IMG/VR virus record: IMGVR_UViG_3300034062_004781 | DNA: 20,000 nucleotides | Reading direction: 5' to 3' (one strand) | Origin: an uncultured virus (IMG/VR IMGVR_UViG_3300034062_004781) | Taxonomy: Duplodnaviria > Heunggongvirae > Uroviricota > Caudoviricetes | Shown: positions 6,812 through 14,177 of the stretch, piece by piece | Position numbering within the stretch: the stretch's first letter is position 1 | Layout: the number at the start of each line of letters is the position of its first letter | Position numbers and translations under genes: made by a program | Notes under the pieces: generated by a model | What the model saw: only the letters and a program-made list of their open reading frames with translations | Databases searched by the model: none | Told to the model about the DNA's origin: nothing

Positions 6812-7144
6812 ATGTGCAACGTCAAAAATGCTCCCGAAGGCCGCTACTTCGTCGAATCCGGCTGGTCTGACCGCACCCCTTGGGTCGTCGTCAAAGAGAG
6901 CCCCTCGGGCATGACCCTGACCCTTGTGCCGGTCGAGGTCGAAAAGGATCCCGAGTTTAAGCCTGACTTCAGCGTCGGCGGCTTCTCGGCCCACTGCAAC
7001 AATAACCATGAGCAGACGTGGCTGTATGCCGGCACCTGCCCCATGCGCAAGAAGACGATCCGCCTTGGCAAAAAAGGCTGGGCCAGCGGCACGTTCCGCG
7101 AGACGCACAAAGGTCCGGTGCGCTTCTACGATTATAACTTCTAG
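6812..7144 (+). CDS. Hypothetical early protein (110 aa)
   Basis: Start motif at 6800-6814; MCNVKNAPEGRYFVESGWSD...RFYDYNF. Confidence 0.85.
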   Translation: MCNVKNAPEGRYFVESGWSDRTPWVVVKESPSGMTLTLVPVEVEKDPEFKPDFSVGGFSAHCNNNHEQTWLYAGTCPMRKKTIRLGKKGWASGTFRETHKGPVRFYDYNF

Positions 7145-7146
7145 TC

Positions 7147-7164
7147 GAGGGGCTACGGCCCCTC
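7147..7164 (+). repeat. Intergenic UNCG hairpin GAGGGGC-TACG-GCCCCTC
   Basis: Perfect 7-bp stem just after a stop codon. Shares GGGGCTACGGCCCC with 6028-6041. Confidence 0.7.
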
Positions 7165-7193
7165 ACCTTCCTCTCAATTTTATGGAGATTGAT

Positions 7194-7487
7194 ATGCAGG
7201 ACAACGCCAACACCATCAAGGTTTCTTACCCGGAAGCTTTCATCACGGTGAAAGAAGACAAGCGCCGTGACTGGTCGGAAATCGCCGTCTATGTCGATCC
7301 CGTTCTGCCGGGTGCGGGCAAGATCTGCGCTTCAATCATCACGCATCCCTGCAAGGGCGCAAAATGGTTCGTGCATGACCGTGACACGGGATGCCGTGGA
7401 GTTCCCTTCAAAACCAAAAAGCTTGCTCTGTGGGCTGCTATTGAAGCAGCCAAAGACATCGAAGCTTACAAGCATCACGCAAAGTAA
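7194..7487 (+). CDS. Hypothetical early protein (97 aa)
   Basis: Start motif at 7182-7196; starts MQDNANTIKV. Confidence 0.8.
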   Translation: MQDNANTIKVSYPEAFITVKEDKRRDWSEIAVYVDPVLPGAGKICASIITHPCKGAKWFVHDRDTGCRGVPFKTKKLALWAAIEAAKDIEAYKHHAK

Positions 7488-7498
7488 TGGAGATTGAT

Positions 7499-7735
7499 AT
7501 GACCAACCCTAACCCCGACTTCATCGTTCACGCTGGCGAGTGTGCCACTGTGTGGGGCTTTGAGCCTCAGAACGAAGTGGCTTTAGACTTTATTCAGGAA
7601 CTTGGTGGAGAAGATTGGCAGTGGAACGGCAAGATCTTCTACACCGACCATCGTCCTGCGCGTGATCTTGCGCGTTACATGGTTGGCGAAGGCTTTGTCG
7701 TTATGCATCCTCAATACGGTTACTTTGGAGGTTGA
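7499..7735 (+). CDS. Hypothetical early protein (78 aa)
   Basis: Start motif at 7487-7501; starts MTNPNPDFIV. Confidence 0.8.
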   Translation: MTNPNPDFIVHAGECATVWGFEPQNEVALDFIQELGGEDWQWNGKIFYTDHRPARDLARYMVGEGFVVMHPQYGYFGG

Positions 7736-7736
7736 T

Positions 7737-8066
7737 ATGGATCAGTCGCGTCCCTTTATTCTCGCGTCTACCGAGCTTTGCTATGAGGCTAATCCGACGC
7801 TGTGGCATCTATACTGCGCATTGACTAATCGAATCATCGGACAGCCTAGCGCACTATGGACTGAGCAAGACGTTGTCATCGCAATACTAGCAAGAGGACT
7901 AAACCCAAATGACGCCAGAAAAAATGATTCAGATAATGAACAATCAAGGTCTGTCAAATCAGGATATCGCTTCGATATCCGGCGTGACATATCGACAGGT
8001 AATGTCATGGCGGTCAGGGAAGCATCCAGTTCCAATGATGCTGTCGTTTTTGTTGTCGGCGCTTGA
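7737..8066 (+). CDS. Hypothetical protein whose 3' half overlaps the downstream HTH gene
   Basis: GGAGGT-TGA-T-ATG start; begins MDQSRPFILA. Overlaps 7909-8133 by 158 nt. Confidence 0.6.
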   Translation: MDQSRPFILASTELCYEANPTLWHLYCALTNRIIGQPSALWTEQDVVIAILARGLNPNDARKNDSDNEQSRSVKSGYRFDIRRDISTGNVMAVREASSSNDAVVFVVGA

Positions 8067-8133
8067 TGAAGGACAGTTAAGCGCAGACTGGCTTGTTGAT
8101 GCGTTACAAAAAGAACTAACTGAAAGAGTATAA
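7909..8133 (+). CDS. Small Cro/XRE-like helix-turn-helix regulator (74 aa)
   Basis: MTPEKMIQIMNNQGLSNQDIASISGVTYRQVMSWRSGKHPVP has a classic HTH pattern; SD GAGGA. Confidence 0.85.
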   Translation: MTPEKMIQIMNNQGLSNQDIASISGVTYRQVMSWRSGKHPVPMMLSFLLSALDEGQLSADWLVDALQKELTERV

Positions 8134-8173
8134 AATAAACGGCCCGAGGCATGGCGTCCTCGGGCCTTATGTT
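8132..8173. terminator. Probable bidirectional terminator between convergent operons
   Basis: GGCCCGAGG-N8-CCTCGGGCC (8141-8166) flanked by AAAATAAAC and TTATGTT. Confidence 0.65.
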
Positions 8174-8279
8174 ACGCGATATCAGCATGTAGCTGCGTGT
8201 GAGTTTTCTCGATTCCGTTCTCCGTCGTATTAAGTATTTATCCGCCATTACATAGATTGCAGGGGCGGACGCCTACAAT

Positions 8280-8468
8280 TCAAAAATCAGTGTCATATCT
8301 TTCGTTTAGCTCTTTGAGCATTTCAAGGCGAATAACCTGCCGCTTCAATGCAGATATTGCTTCTTCGTTTTCATCGAAGATTGCGTCATGCAATTTTGAT
8401 TGAGCAAACTTTAATTCGCGCTCAACTTCTCGGGGAGGTGCAAAAAGAGATGTTTTTGCTTCTGTCAT
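8280..8468 (-). CDS. Hypothetical protein (62 aa)
   Basis: ATGA overlap with the HNH gene; helical composition. Confidence 0.7.
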   Translation of the reverse strand: MTEAKTSLFAPPREVERELKFAQSKLHDAIFDENEEAISALKRQVIRLEMLKELNERYDTDF

Positions 8469-9019
8469 GACTGCCTCGCATAGCTTCCGTGATATTTTAT
8501 CTCCGCTTGCTTTCTTGCGTCAACCGCTTCTTCAATAGTATTAAAACATCCAAAATTATGAGCCTTATTATTTATGTATATTCTTGCTCTCCATTTACCG
8601 CTTCTACCATATTTATAAACGCCCTTATAACCAGAAGTATTGGACGGAAGTAAATTCTTATTTATCTGCTGTTGAGAATCTGTTGCTTCTCTTAAATTTA
8701 ATATTCTATTGTCGCTTTTAATTCCATTTATATGATCTATTTCTTTCTTAGGAACGTATCCATGATGCATAGCAAAACATAGAATGTGGCCGCCAACATA
8801 CCTGCCAAACAATTCGACCGATAAATATTTTTGATTATCTATAAAACCAGCTTCTTTATTCGCATAATTTGAATTGAAATAAGAAGATGACCTTAATGGG
8901 TATTTAGCATGCGAGCACATTTCGGGTGTTCGTTCTCTCCAATATAATTTTCCTGTTTCGGGATCATACCGAAACAGTTGACGCAAAGTCTCAATGTCGG
9001 GTAAATCTTTTTTAGCCAT
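8465..9019 (-). CDS. HNH endonuclease with C-terminal AP2 DNA-binding domain (free-standing homing endonuclease type)
   Basis: LRQLFRYDPETGKLYW N-terminus, EIDHINGIKSDNRILNLREAT (HNH), NTSGYKGVY...KWRARI...GCFNTIEEAVDARKQAE (AP2). Visibly AT-rich relative to its flanks. Confidence 0.93.
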   Translation of the reverse strand: MAKKDLPDIETLRQLFRYDPETGKLYWRERTPEMCSHAKYPLRSSSYFNSNYANKEAGFIDNQKYLSVELFGRYVGGHILCFAMHHGYVPKKEIDHINGIKSDNRILNLREATDSQQQINKNLLPSNTSGYKGVYKYGRSGKWRARIYINNKAHNFGCFNTIEEAVDARKQAEIKYHGSYARQS

Positions 9020-9084
9020 TTCCCAGTTCCTTTGGGGTTTAGGTCAGAAGGCCCGAAGCTGTTAGCGCAGCGACGGGCCTTTGT

Positions 9085-9113
9085 TTTATATCACCACCTT
9101 ATGTAGATGTCAC
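9085..9113 (-). promoter_or_regulatory. Putative promoter for the HNH gene
   Basis: Minus strand GTGACA-N17-TATAAA with an extended -10 TG. Confidence 0.55.
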
Positions 9114-9769
9114 CATTCTGATTCAAATCCATCGACGCCATCCAGTGGCGTTCCCGGATCCAATATTCCTTCACCTTCACCGTCTATTGGCTGATGAAGA
9201 GCATTCACAACCTTCATTTTTGTCGGCATGACTTCCGCTCCGGGGAAGTGCTCCTTGACCGCAAGAACTTCTTTAAATGCGAATATCAATCTTCCAATCT
9301 CTTCTAGAGAATATACAGAAACCCTCCGCCCATCGGCCATAACCTTGTTGACGAGATCTGGCTCCCTGACAATCGCCGCTACTGTTCCATCCTCGAGCGT
9401 GACTTCAAACACCGCCGGATCTATAGGAACGCATCCAGCTTCTATCGCCGCTTTGTCGAGCGCCTTCCAAGCTTTGATCATGCGGTCGGATTCACGCTGA
9501 ACGTCAATCAGCTCGCCTTTCCATCTGGCATGGCTAAACAAATATTTTTGACGATAGAATTTTTCCCTAAGTTCTTGCGGAACGAGCAGTGGAAGCCTTC
9601 CGCGCCCCCAACGCATTTCAAGCTCAACTTCAAGCGCGTCCGCGCCATCGATTGCTGCTCGCCCTGACAAATAAGTTCCGTTTGTCACAAGCCAAGGCGC
9701 TGACGGAAGTCGCGCTGTTGGTATGGATCTATCAGAAACTGGCGGCTTCCTTGTCGGCTTCTTCGCCAT
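9110..9769 (-). CDS. Hypothetical phage protein (219 aa)
   Basis: Long ORF with SD AAGGAG, in the operon downstream of the primase-helicase. Confidence 0.85.
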   Translation of the reverse strand: MAKKPTRKPPVSDRSIPTARLPSAPWLVTNGTYLSGRAAIDGADALEVELEMRWGRGRLPLLVPQELREKFYRQKYLFSHARWKGELIDVQRESDRMIKAWKALDKAAIEAGCVPIDPAVFEVTLEDGTVAAIVREPDLVNKVMADGRRVSVYSLEEIGRLIFAFKEVLAVKEHFPGAEVMPTKMKVVNALHQPIDGEGEGILDPGTPLDGVDGFESEW

Positions 9770-9772
9770 TGG

Positions 9773-9991
9773 TCACTCCTTGTCCCATGAGAACTTGGGA
9801 AGAGAGACATTGGCGCGCGCCTTCTTTGCAGTCTCGCCGTAAAGTTCGCCGGCAAGCTTCTTTTCGTATCTTATCGTGCGGAGCGACGCGATCCGAGGGG
9901 GATTTGCGTCAATATTGCCAGAGCCGATTGAATCGCCTCCCCTCCGGCTTGCTCTTGATCTTGGTGCTCCAAACGTCCCTTGATTCGCCAT
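9773..9991 (-). CDS. Basic hypothetical protein (72 aa)
   Basis: Start context AAGGAGAGATTGATATG. Confidence 0.75.
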   Translation of the reverse strand: MANQGTFGAPRSRASRRGGDSIGSGNIDANPPRIASLRTIRYEKKLAGELYGETAKKARANVSLPKFSWDKE

Positions 9992-10009
9992 ATCAATCTC
10001 TCCTTCATA

Positions 10010-10393
10010 TCAATCTAACGGGTCGAACCTGACATACTCCCAAATGCCGCGAGAGTGGCTCGCCTTATCCTTCGGCTGATGCATGCGACCCGTGCGCTGC
10101 AGCCACCGATTCTTGACCGCCTGCATAATCGCCGCGCCCCATGCGTTGGGATGCCCGGGATTAACAATGCCAGCTTCCTGCGCAAGGTGGCGGATATCCT
10201 CGCCGGTGCCCTTCCATCCCTGATGCAGGTCGTTCTCAATGAAATCCATGATCTGTGCGCGCCAGATCCAGTTTCTGTTCAACACGCCATCGAGCGCCGC
10301 GTCCCGCGCATCCCGACCTTCATTATTCCCCATAGGAAAATATCCCGCCATTTGTGAGCACGACATCCCGCCGGTTCTGCGGGCCGTTTTCAT
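10010..10393 (-). CDS. Hypothetical protein, possible winged helix (start uncertain)
   Basis: GTGEDIR...PGHPNAWGAAIMQAVKNRWLQRTG...SHSR is a phage-like motif. The true start may be a later ATG. Confidence 0.7.
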   Translation of the reverse strand: MKTARRTGGMSCSQMAGYFPMGNNEGRDARDAALDGVLNRNWIWRAQIMDFIENDLHQGWKGTGEDIRHLAQEAGIVNPGHPNAWGAAIMQAVKNRWLQRTGRMHQPKDKASHSRGIWEYVRFDPLD

Positions 10394-10671
10394 GTTTGGA
10401 GACCGGTTTGATCATCATCGCCAATATCAATTTAAACCTACCACCATCAAACCGCCGACAAGGCTAAACCCAAAACCCGCAGGCCGTCAAGCGGCCAGTC
10501 CGTGGGTCTGGGCAAGCCCGACCGGAGCCTTAGCGGAGGGAGGGCGCAGCCCTTATGCGCGCGCGCGCGCGAGGCTGTGTGAAAACAAACACTTATCCAA
10601 CACTCCAAGAGAAAAAACGCTTTTGAACGGCGTAAGATGTTGTTTTGATTTGTTTTCAGGATTTGCATTTT

Positions 10672-12873
10672 TCACAGTCCCTTCCCGATGCGGAGGCCCT
10701 TTTTGTTTGACTTATCGCCCCACAAATCGGTGACGATGACGTCCGAGCGGTGCCACATGTTGACATACTTCTCGCACACATTGACTGACAGATTGAACAT
10801 GTCGCTGAGTCGATCCGGCGCATATCGATCCGTGTCACGGCTCTTCTTGTCACGGCTCCACGGATATCCGCCGCGCCATGCCGCGTCGATTGCTGAGACC
10901 ATTTTCCTACATGTCTCCATGTCGGGCTCGTTTCCTGTCTCCTGCACGCCCCCAAAATCGCCCGCTGATGCGTCTTCTGGCTTCTGGGGTGTCACCGTAG
11001 CAGGATCTACCGGAAGGGCCACCAGCGAGCTTCTGCCGAAGCCCAGATCGATGTCCCTGAGCTCGAATGGCAGATCCCACCCGTCCCGGGCTTCCTTGAT
11101 CTTCATCATGGTCATTGTGCCGAACATGCCGGGCTTTTCTCGTTCGACGAAGATCGCGCAGTTGGCCGCGCCCTCGAGGACATTTGACCCGCGCAGGGCC
11201 TTCCCGTTGCCTTTGGAGACGTGATGCGCGCCTGTGGCCGAACAATCGAAAGCAAGGCGCATGGCGTCATTGGCTTGAATGTAGAGCGTCATGTCCTTCT
11301 GCAGGTTTTCGTCCGCGCCCGGCAAGACGCGCGAGACCGTGTCGATGATGATCATGACAGGCTTCTCGCCGCACTTGTTTTCGACCTCGATTTTGATTGT
11401 CTGAATTAACTTCACAATATGCGCAGGGTCCATAAAGTTCACGGGTTGCCTGATAAAGTGAAATCTCTTCCTGTTAATCTGAACTTTCTTCGCCTTTTCC
11501 CATGCCATCATGCGGAACTTCATATCCGTCGTGCCTTCCGACGAGATATACACGATGGGGCCATGCCGATTGATCTTCTTCCCAAACCAATGCGTGATCT
11601 CATCGACACCCAACGAGAAGGCCATGTCCATCGCGATGAACGTCTTGCCGCAGCCGGGAGCGCCATAGATAAATGCTGTCGCGCCTTCGATGATCAGATC
11701 TTGGATCAGAAACACCGGATCCGGCAGATTGAATATGTCGTCTACACTGAGAACCTCGAATAAATTTGAGGAGGTTTTTGGATCGGCAACCGAGAACTTA
11801 TGCGCAGGCGCATCCCAGTCCTCTGATTCTTCGGGTTGCGTTTTATTATCCGTATTTTCCGCAACTCCTTCCGATATCTGATCGGCGAAGGATTTTGTCG
11901 GCTTCTGATTCGGCTTTGGCTCCTTAGCCGCTTCGATGATCTTGTCCCAGTCTTTTATTGACGCGCGCCATTTGGCCTTGAACTCTGTGATGCCACGGCC
12001 TTCTTTTTCGAGCGCCGCTTCCTTGCTTTCAGATAGGCCCGGTAGCCGGCTTTCAACTTTACCGAGATAGATCGAGAATAGATCATCGCGCTGCTTGATT
12101 AATTCTTCGTCGCTTGGCTTGATCGGGCAGTCGCGCGCGATGTCGACCAACCGCGCCCAGATCATGCGGAACATGTAATCTTCGCGACCATCCTTCAGCG
12201 CGCCCCATGCATCATGCAGATGATCAGGCGTTGCTGTCTTGACGTGCGGGCCTGCATGCGTCGATCCGCCATGCTGCTCGGCGAGAAGATCGATCTGCTC
12301 GCACAGCCAGCGCGGCGCTTCAGCGATCTCAAGATTCCACGGCTCTTTGTCTTCGATCCACTGATAGCGCGTTCCGCTTTCGTGCATTGACGGCGCAGCA
12401 ACAATGAAGCCGCCAACGCCACGGATATCGACGCCAATAGACGTCTTGATCGTCGGAGAAGTCCAGCCTTCCGGCGCACGGAAAAGGATCTGCAGGCCAC
12501 CACCGCCAGTGCGCTGGGTCGGCGATTCAAGCTCGTCGGCTTTCTCCTGCATATCCATGCAGCAAGACCACCACAGCGCGGCCTCTGGCTTTGAATGCGT
12601 GTCGAGATCGACGACAAAGACGCGACCGCTGCAGTTGCCAGTGAGAATGCCGATATTGTTTTTTGTGTCGCTGATGCCGTCGAACCACTTATGGAACGTC
12701 ACATCGTCGACCAGTTCGTTTTGATAATCACGCCATCCATCAAGCGCGGGGCGCTTCCAGTTATGGACATGGCGCGTCGGATAGTGTGACGGCACAGCCT
12801 GCAGCCCAAGCTCGCGATACATGCGCGCGTAATCTGCAAGACTTGCGAAGTCTTCGTTGAAATCTGTAAGCAT
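10672..12873 (-). CDS. Bifunctional primase-polymerase (Prim-Pol) fused to an AAA_25/RepA-type helicase
   Basis: Prim-Pol motifs NIGILTG, VVDLD, TGGGG, GVDIRGVGGFIVAAPSMHESG. Helicase motifs YGAPGCGKTF (Walker A), IIIDT (Walker B), AHHVSK and LRGS. Confidence 0.93.
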   Translation of the reverse strand: MLTDFNEDFASLADYARMYRELGLQAVPSHYPTRHVHNWKRPALDGWRDYQNELVDDVTFHKWFDGISDTKNNIGILTGNCSGRVFVVDLDTHSKPEAALWWSCCMDMQEKADELESPTQRTGGGGLQILFRAPEGWTSPTIKTSIGVDIRGVGGFIVAAPSMHESGTRYQWIEDKEPWNLEIAEAPRWLCEQIDLLAEQHGGSTHAGPHVKTATPDHLHDAWGALKDGREDYMFRMIWARLVDIARDCPIKPSDEELIKQRDDLFSIYLGKVESRLPGLSESKEAALEKEGRGITEFKAKWRASIKDWDKIIEAAKEPKPNQKPTKSFADQISEGVAENTDNKTQPEESEDWDAPAHKFSVADPKTSSNLFEVLSVDDIFNLPDPVFLIQDLIIEGATAFIYGAPGCGKTFIAMDMAFSLGVDEITHWFGKKINRHGPIVYISSEGTTDMKFRMMAWEKAKKVQINRKRFHFIRQPVNFMDPAHIVKLIQTIKIEVENKCGEKPVMIIIDTVSRVLPGADENLQKDMTLYIQANDAMRLAFDCSATGAHHVSKGNGKALRGSNVLEGAANCAIFVEREKPGMFGTMTMMKIKEARDGWDLPFELRDIDLGFGRSSLVALPVDPATVTPQKPEDASAGDFGGVQETGNEPDMETCRKMVSAIDAAWRGGYPWSRDKKSRDTDRYAPDRLSDMFNLSVNVCEKYVNMWHRSDVIVTDLWGDKSNKKGLRIGKGL

Positions 12874-12979
12874 TTTGAGGGGCCTTCTATATCGATTGAT
12901 TTACGTCATGATTTATGAGATATTCGCATTGTTACCTTGGCTCTCTGTCATTGTGACGTTTTCCTCCCTTGAATGACTG

Positions 12980-13006
12980 GAGCGGCGAAGGGGCCGCTCT
13001 TTTTTT
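12980..13006 (+). terminator. Hairpin with a T-run, oriented against the leftward genes
   Basis: GAGCGGC-GAAGGG-GCCGCTC-TTTTTTT. Confidence 0.55.
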
Positions 13007-13394
13007 ATAGCTCAACAATTATATGACCATATGAATCGATCTCAAGTTTAGGATCTGGTCGAGGCAAAACTACAAAAGTTTTCCCCTTGCTGCTTTGCTT
13101 CCACATAAATCCATATTCGCAATCTATTGTATGTATAACCGGAACCACTACAGGGCCTTGAATAATATCACCCTCCCAACCGATCTTTCTTGCAGCTTGA
13201 AGAGATGCATTAAATTTCCCTATAAAATCATTTATGTCAGAATAATCGAGTGAGTAAACTTTTAGCCTCTTCAAAGAGTTATCTGTTCTTTCTTTGATTG
13301 TATCACAGTGTTGAAATATCATGTCTTTTACAGGAACAAAAAAATTCCAACCGAAATCAACCGGACTTATTGCGTATGCGTAAAGATAATCCAT
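13005..13394 (-). CDS. AT-rich hypothetical protein (129 aa)
   Basis: SD AGGAG; YAYAISPVDFGW...ARKIGWEGDI...FMWKQSSKGKTFVV. Compositionally distinct insert. Confidence 0.8.
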   Translation of the reverse strand: MDYLYAYAISPVDFGWNFFVPVKDMIFQHCDTIKERTDNSLKRLKVYSLDYSDINDFIGKFNASLQAARKIGWEGDIIQGPVVVPVIHTIDCEYGFMWKQSSKGKTFVVLPRPDPKLEIDSYGHIIVEL

Positions 13395-13403
13395 GTTTGT
13401 CTC

Positions 13404-13862
13404 CTATCTTTGCGTTTGCGCGCCATAAAGCGCCATAAGAGCCGCTTCTCCGCGACCATTATCTTTCTTGCGACGGAAGTGCTCGCATCCCGGCCACTTG
13501 TCTATCGCAAGCTTGCGGGACTGTTCTTTGTCGGCTGTGAGACCGAAGTATTTTTTCCATTTGCCCGGACTGACGTGGACAACAGGGATTTTAAGCGCGC
13601 CAATAACACCGAGCGCAATGCCGTAGGACATCCCGAAGTTAAAGCTGGACGAGACACCTTGTTTCGGCATGGCATGCACGATCTCCACTACGGCCATGTC
13701 GGGGCCATGCTGACGGATTAAATCATAAAGCGCTGCAGGATTAATCTGACGCGCAGCTAATGGCACATCATAGGCCGCAATCAATTGCGGTTTATCAGGA
13801 TAATAAAACGCAACTGCCCCAGACATGCCGGGGTCAAGACCCATGATGCAGGTATATGTCAT
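13404..13862 (-). CDS. RuvC-like Holliday junction resolvase
   Basis: IMGLDPGMSGAVA, AVVEIVHAMPKQGVSSSFNFG, VSPGKWKK and DNGRGEAALMA motifs. Confidence 0.9.
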   Translation of the reverse strand: MTYTCIMGLDPGMSGAVAFYYPDKPQLIAAYDVPLAARQINPAALYDLIRQHGPDMAVVEIVHAMPKQGVSSSFNFGMSYGIALGVIGALKIPVVHVSPGKWKKYFGLTADKEQSRKLAIDKWPGCEHFRRKKDNGRGEAALMALYGAQTQR

Positions 13863-13865
13863 GAT

Positions 13866-13988
13866 TTACCAACCTCTCTTGTAAATATCGTATATCATGC
13901 GAACCATATTAAACACGAAGAACGCGCAAAGCGTCCATGCGACGATGACGATGGGGCCAATCAATAAAAAGTCCATGATGTGATTCAT
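13866..13988 (-). CDS. Small membrane protein (40 aa), not in the ORF track
   Basis: Exact ATGGAGATTGATATG start motif, then MNHIMDFLLIGPIVIVAWTLCAFFVFNMVRMIYDIYKRGW*. Confidence 0.7.
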   Translation of the reverse strand: MNHIMDFLLIGPIVIVAWTLCAFFVFNMVRMIYDIYKRGW

Positions 13989-14080
13989 ATCAATCTCCAT
14001 ACATTAAAGTCTCAGCCGGCCCGGTTGCGTATTGAAGTAGCCATCGACACGCGGGTGAGTTGGGCCGGCTGAGGCGCAAA

Positions 14081-14152
14081 ACGTAAGCGAACAGCCGCGA
14101 TTCTGTCAATCCACAACCACCAGTTGACTTCATCGCTACCCGCCGCTATGGA
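14081..14152. promoter_or_regulatory. Back-to-back divergent promoters (putative)
   Basis: Rightward TTGACT(14124)-N17-TATGGA. Leftward TTGACA(14109-14104) with TACGTT 18 nt downstream. Confidence 0.5.
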
Positions 14153-14177
14153 TAGTGCGAATCGATATTGAGGCGCT

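Noticed and set aside
5273..7739. Repeated 15-mer as a CRISPR array
   Set aside because: The repeats are too short and irregularly spaced, the intervals are whole genes, and no cas genes are present.
7781..8248. 155-aa minus-strand ORF
   Set aside because: No SD, it crosses a terminator, and it is antisense to the HTH gene.
8241..8276. Fluoride-riboswitch-like ending GACGCCTAC
   Set aside because: The 5' GGCGAUGG element and the pseudoknot are absent, and there is no downstream gene on that strand.
9191..9197. Further CTGATGA hammerhead cores (also at 15650-15656)
   Set aside because: They lie inside coding sequence with no matching GAAA, NUH or stems.
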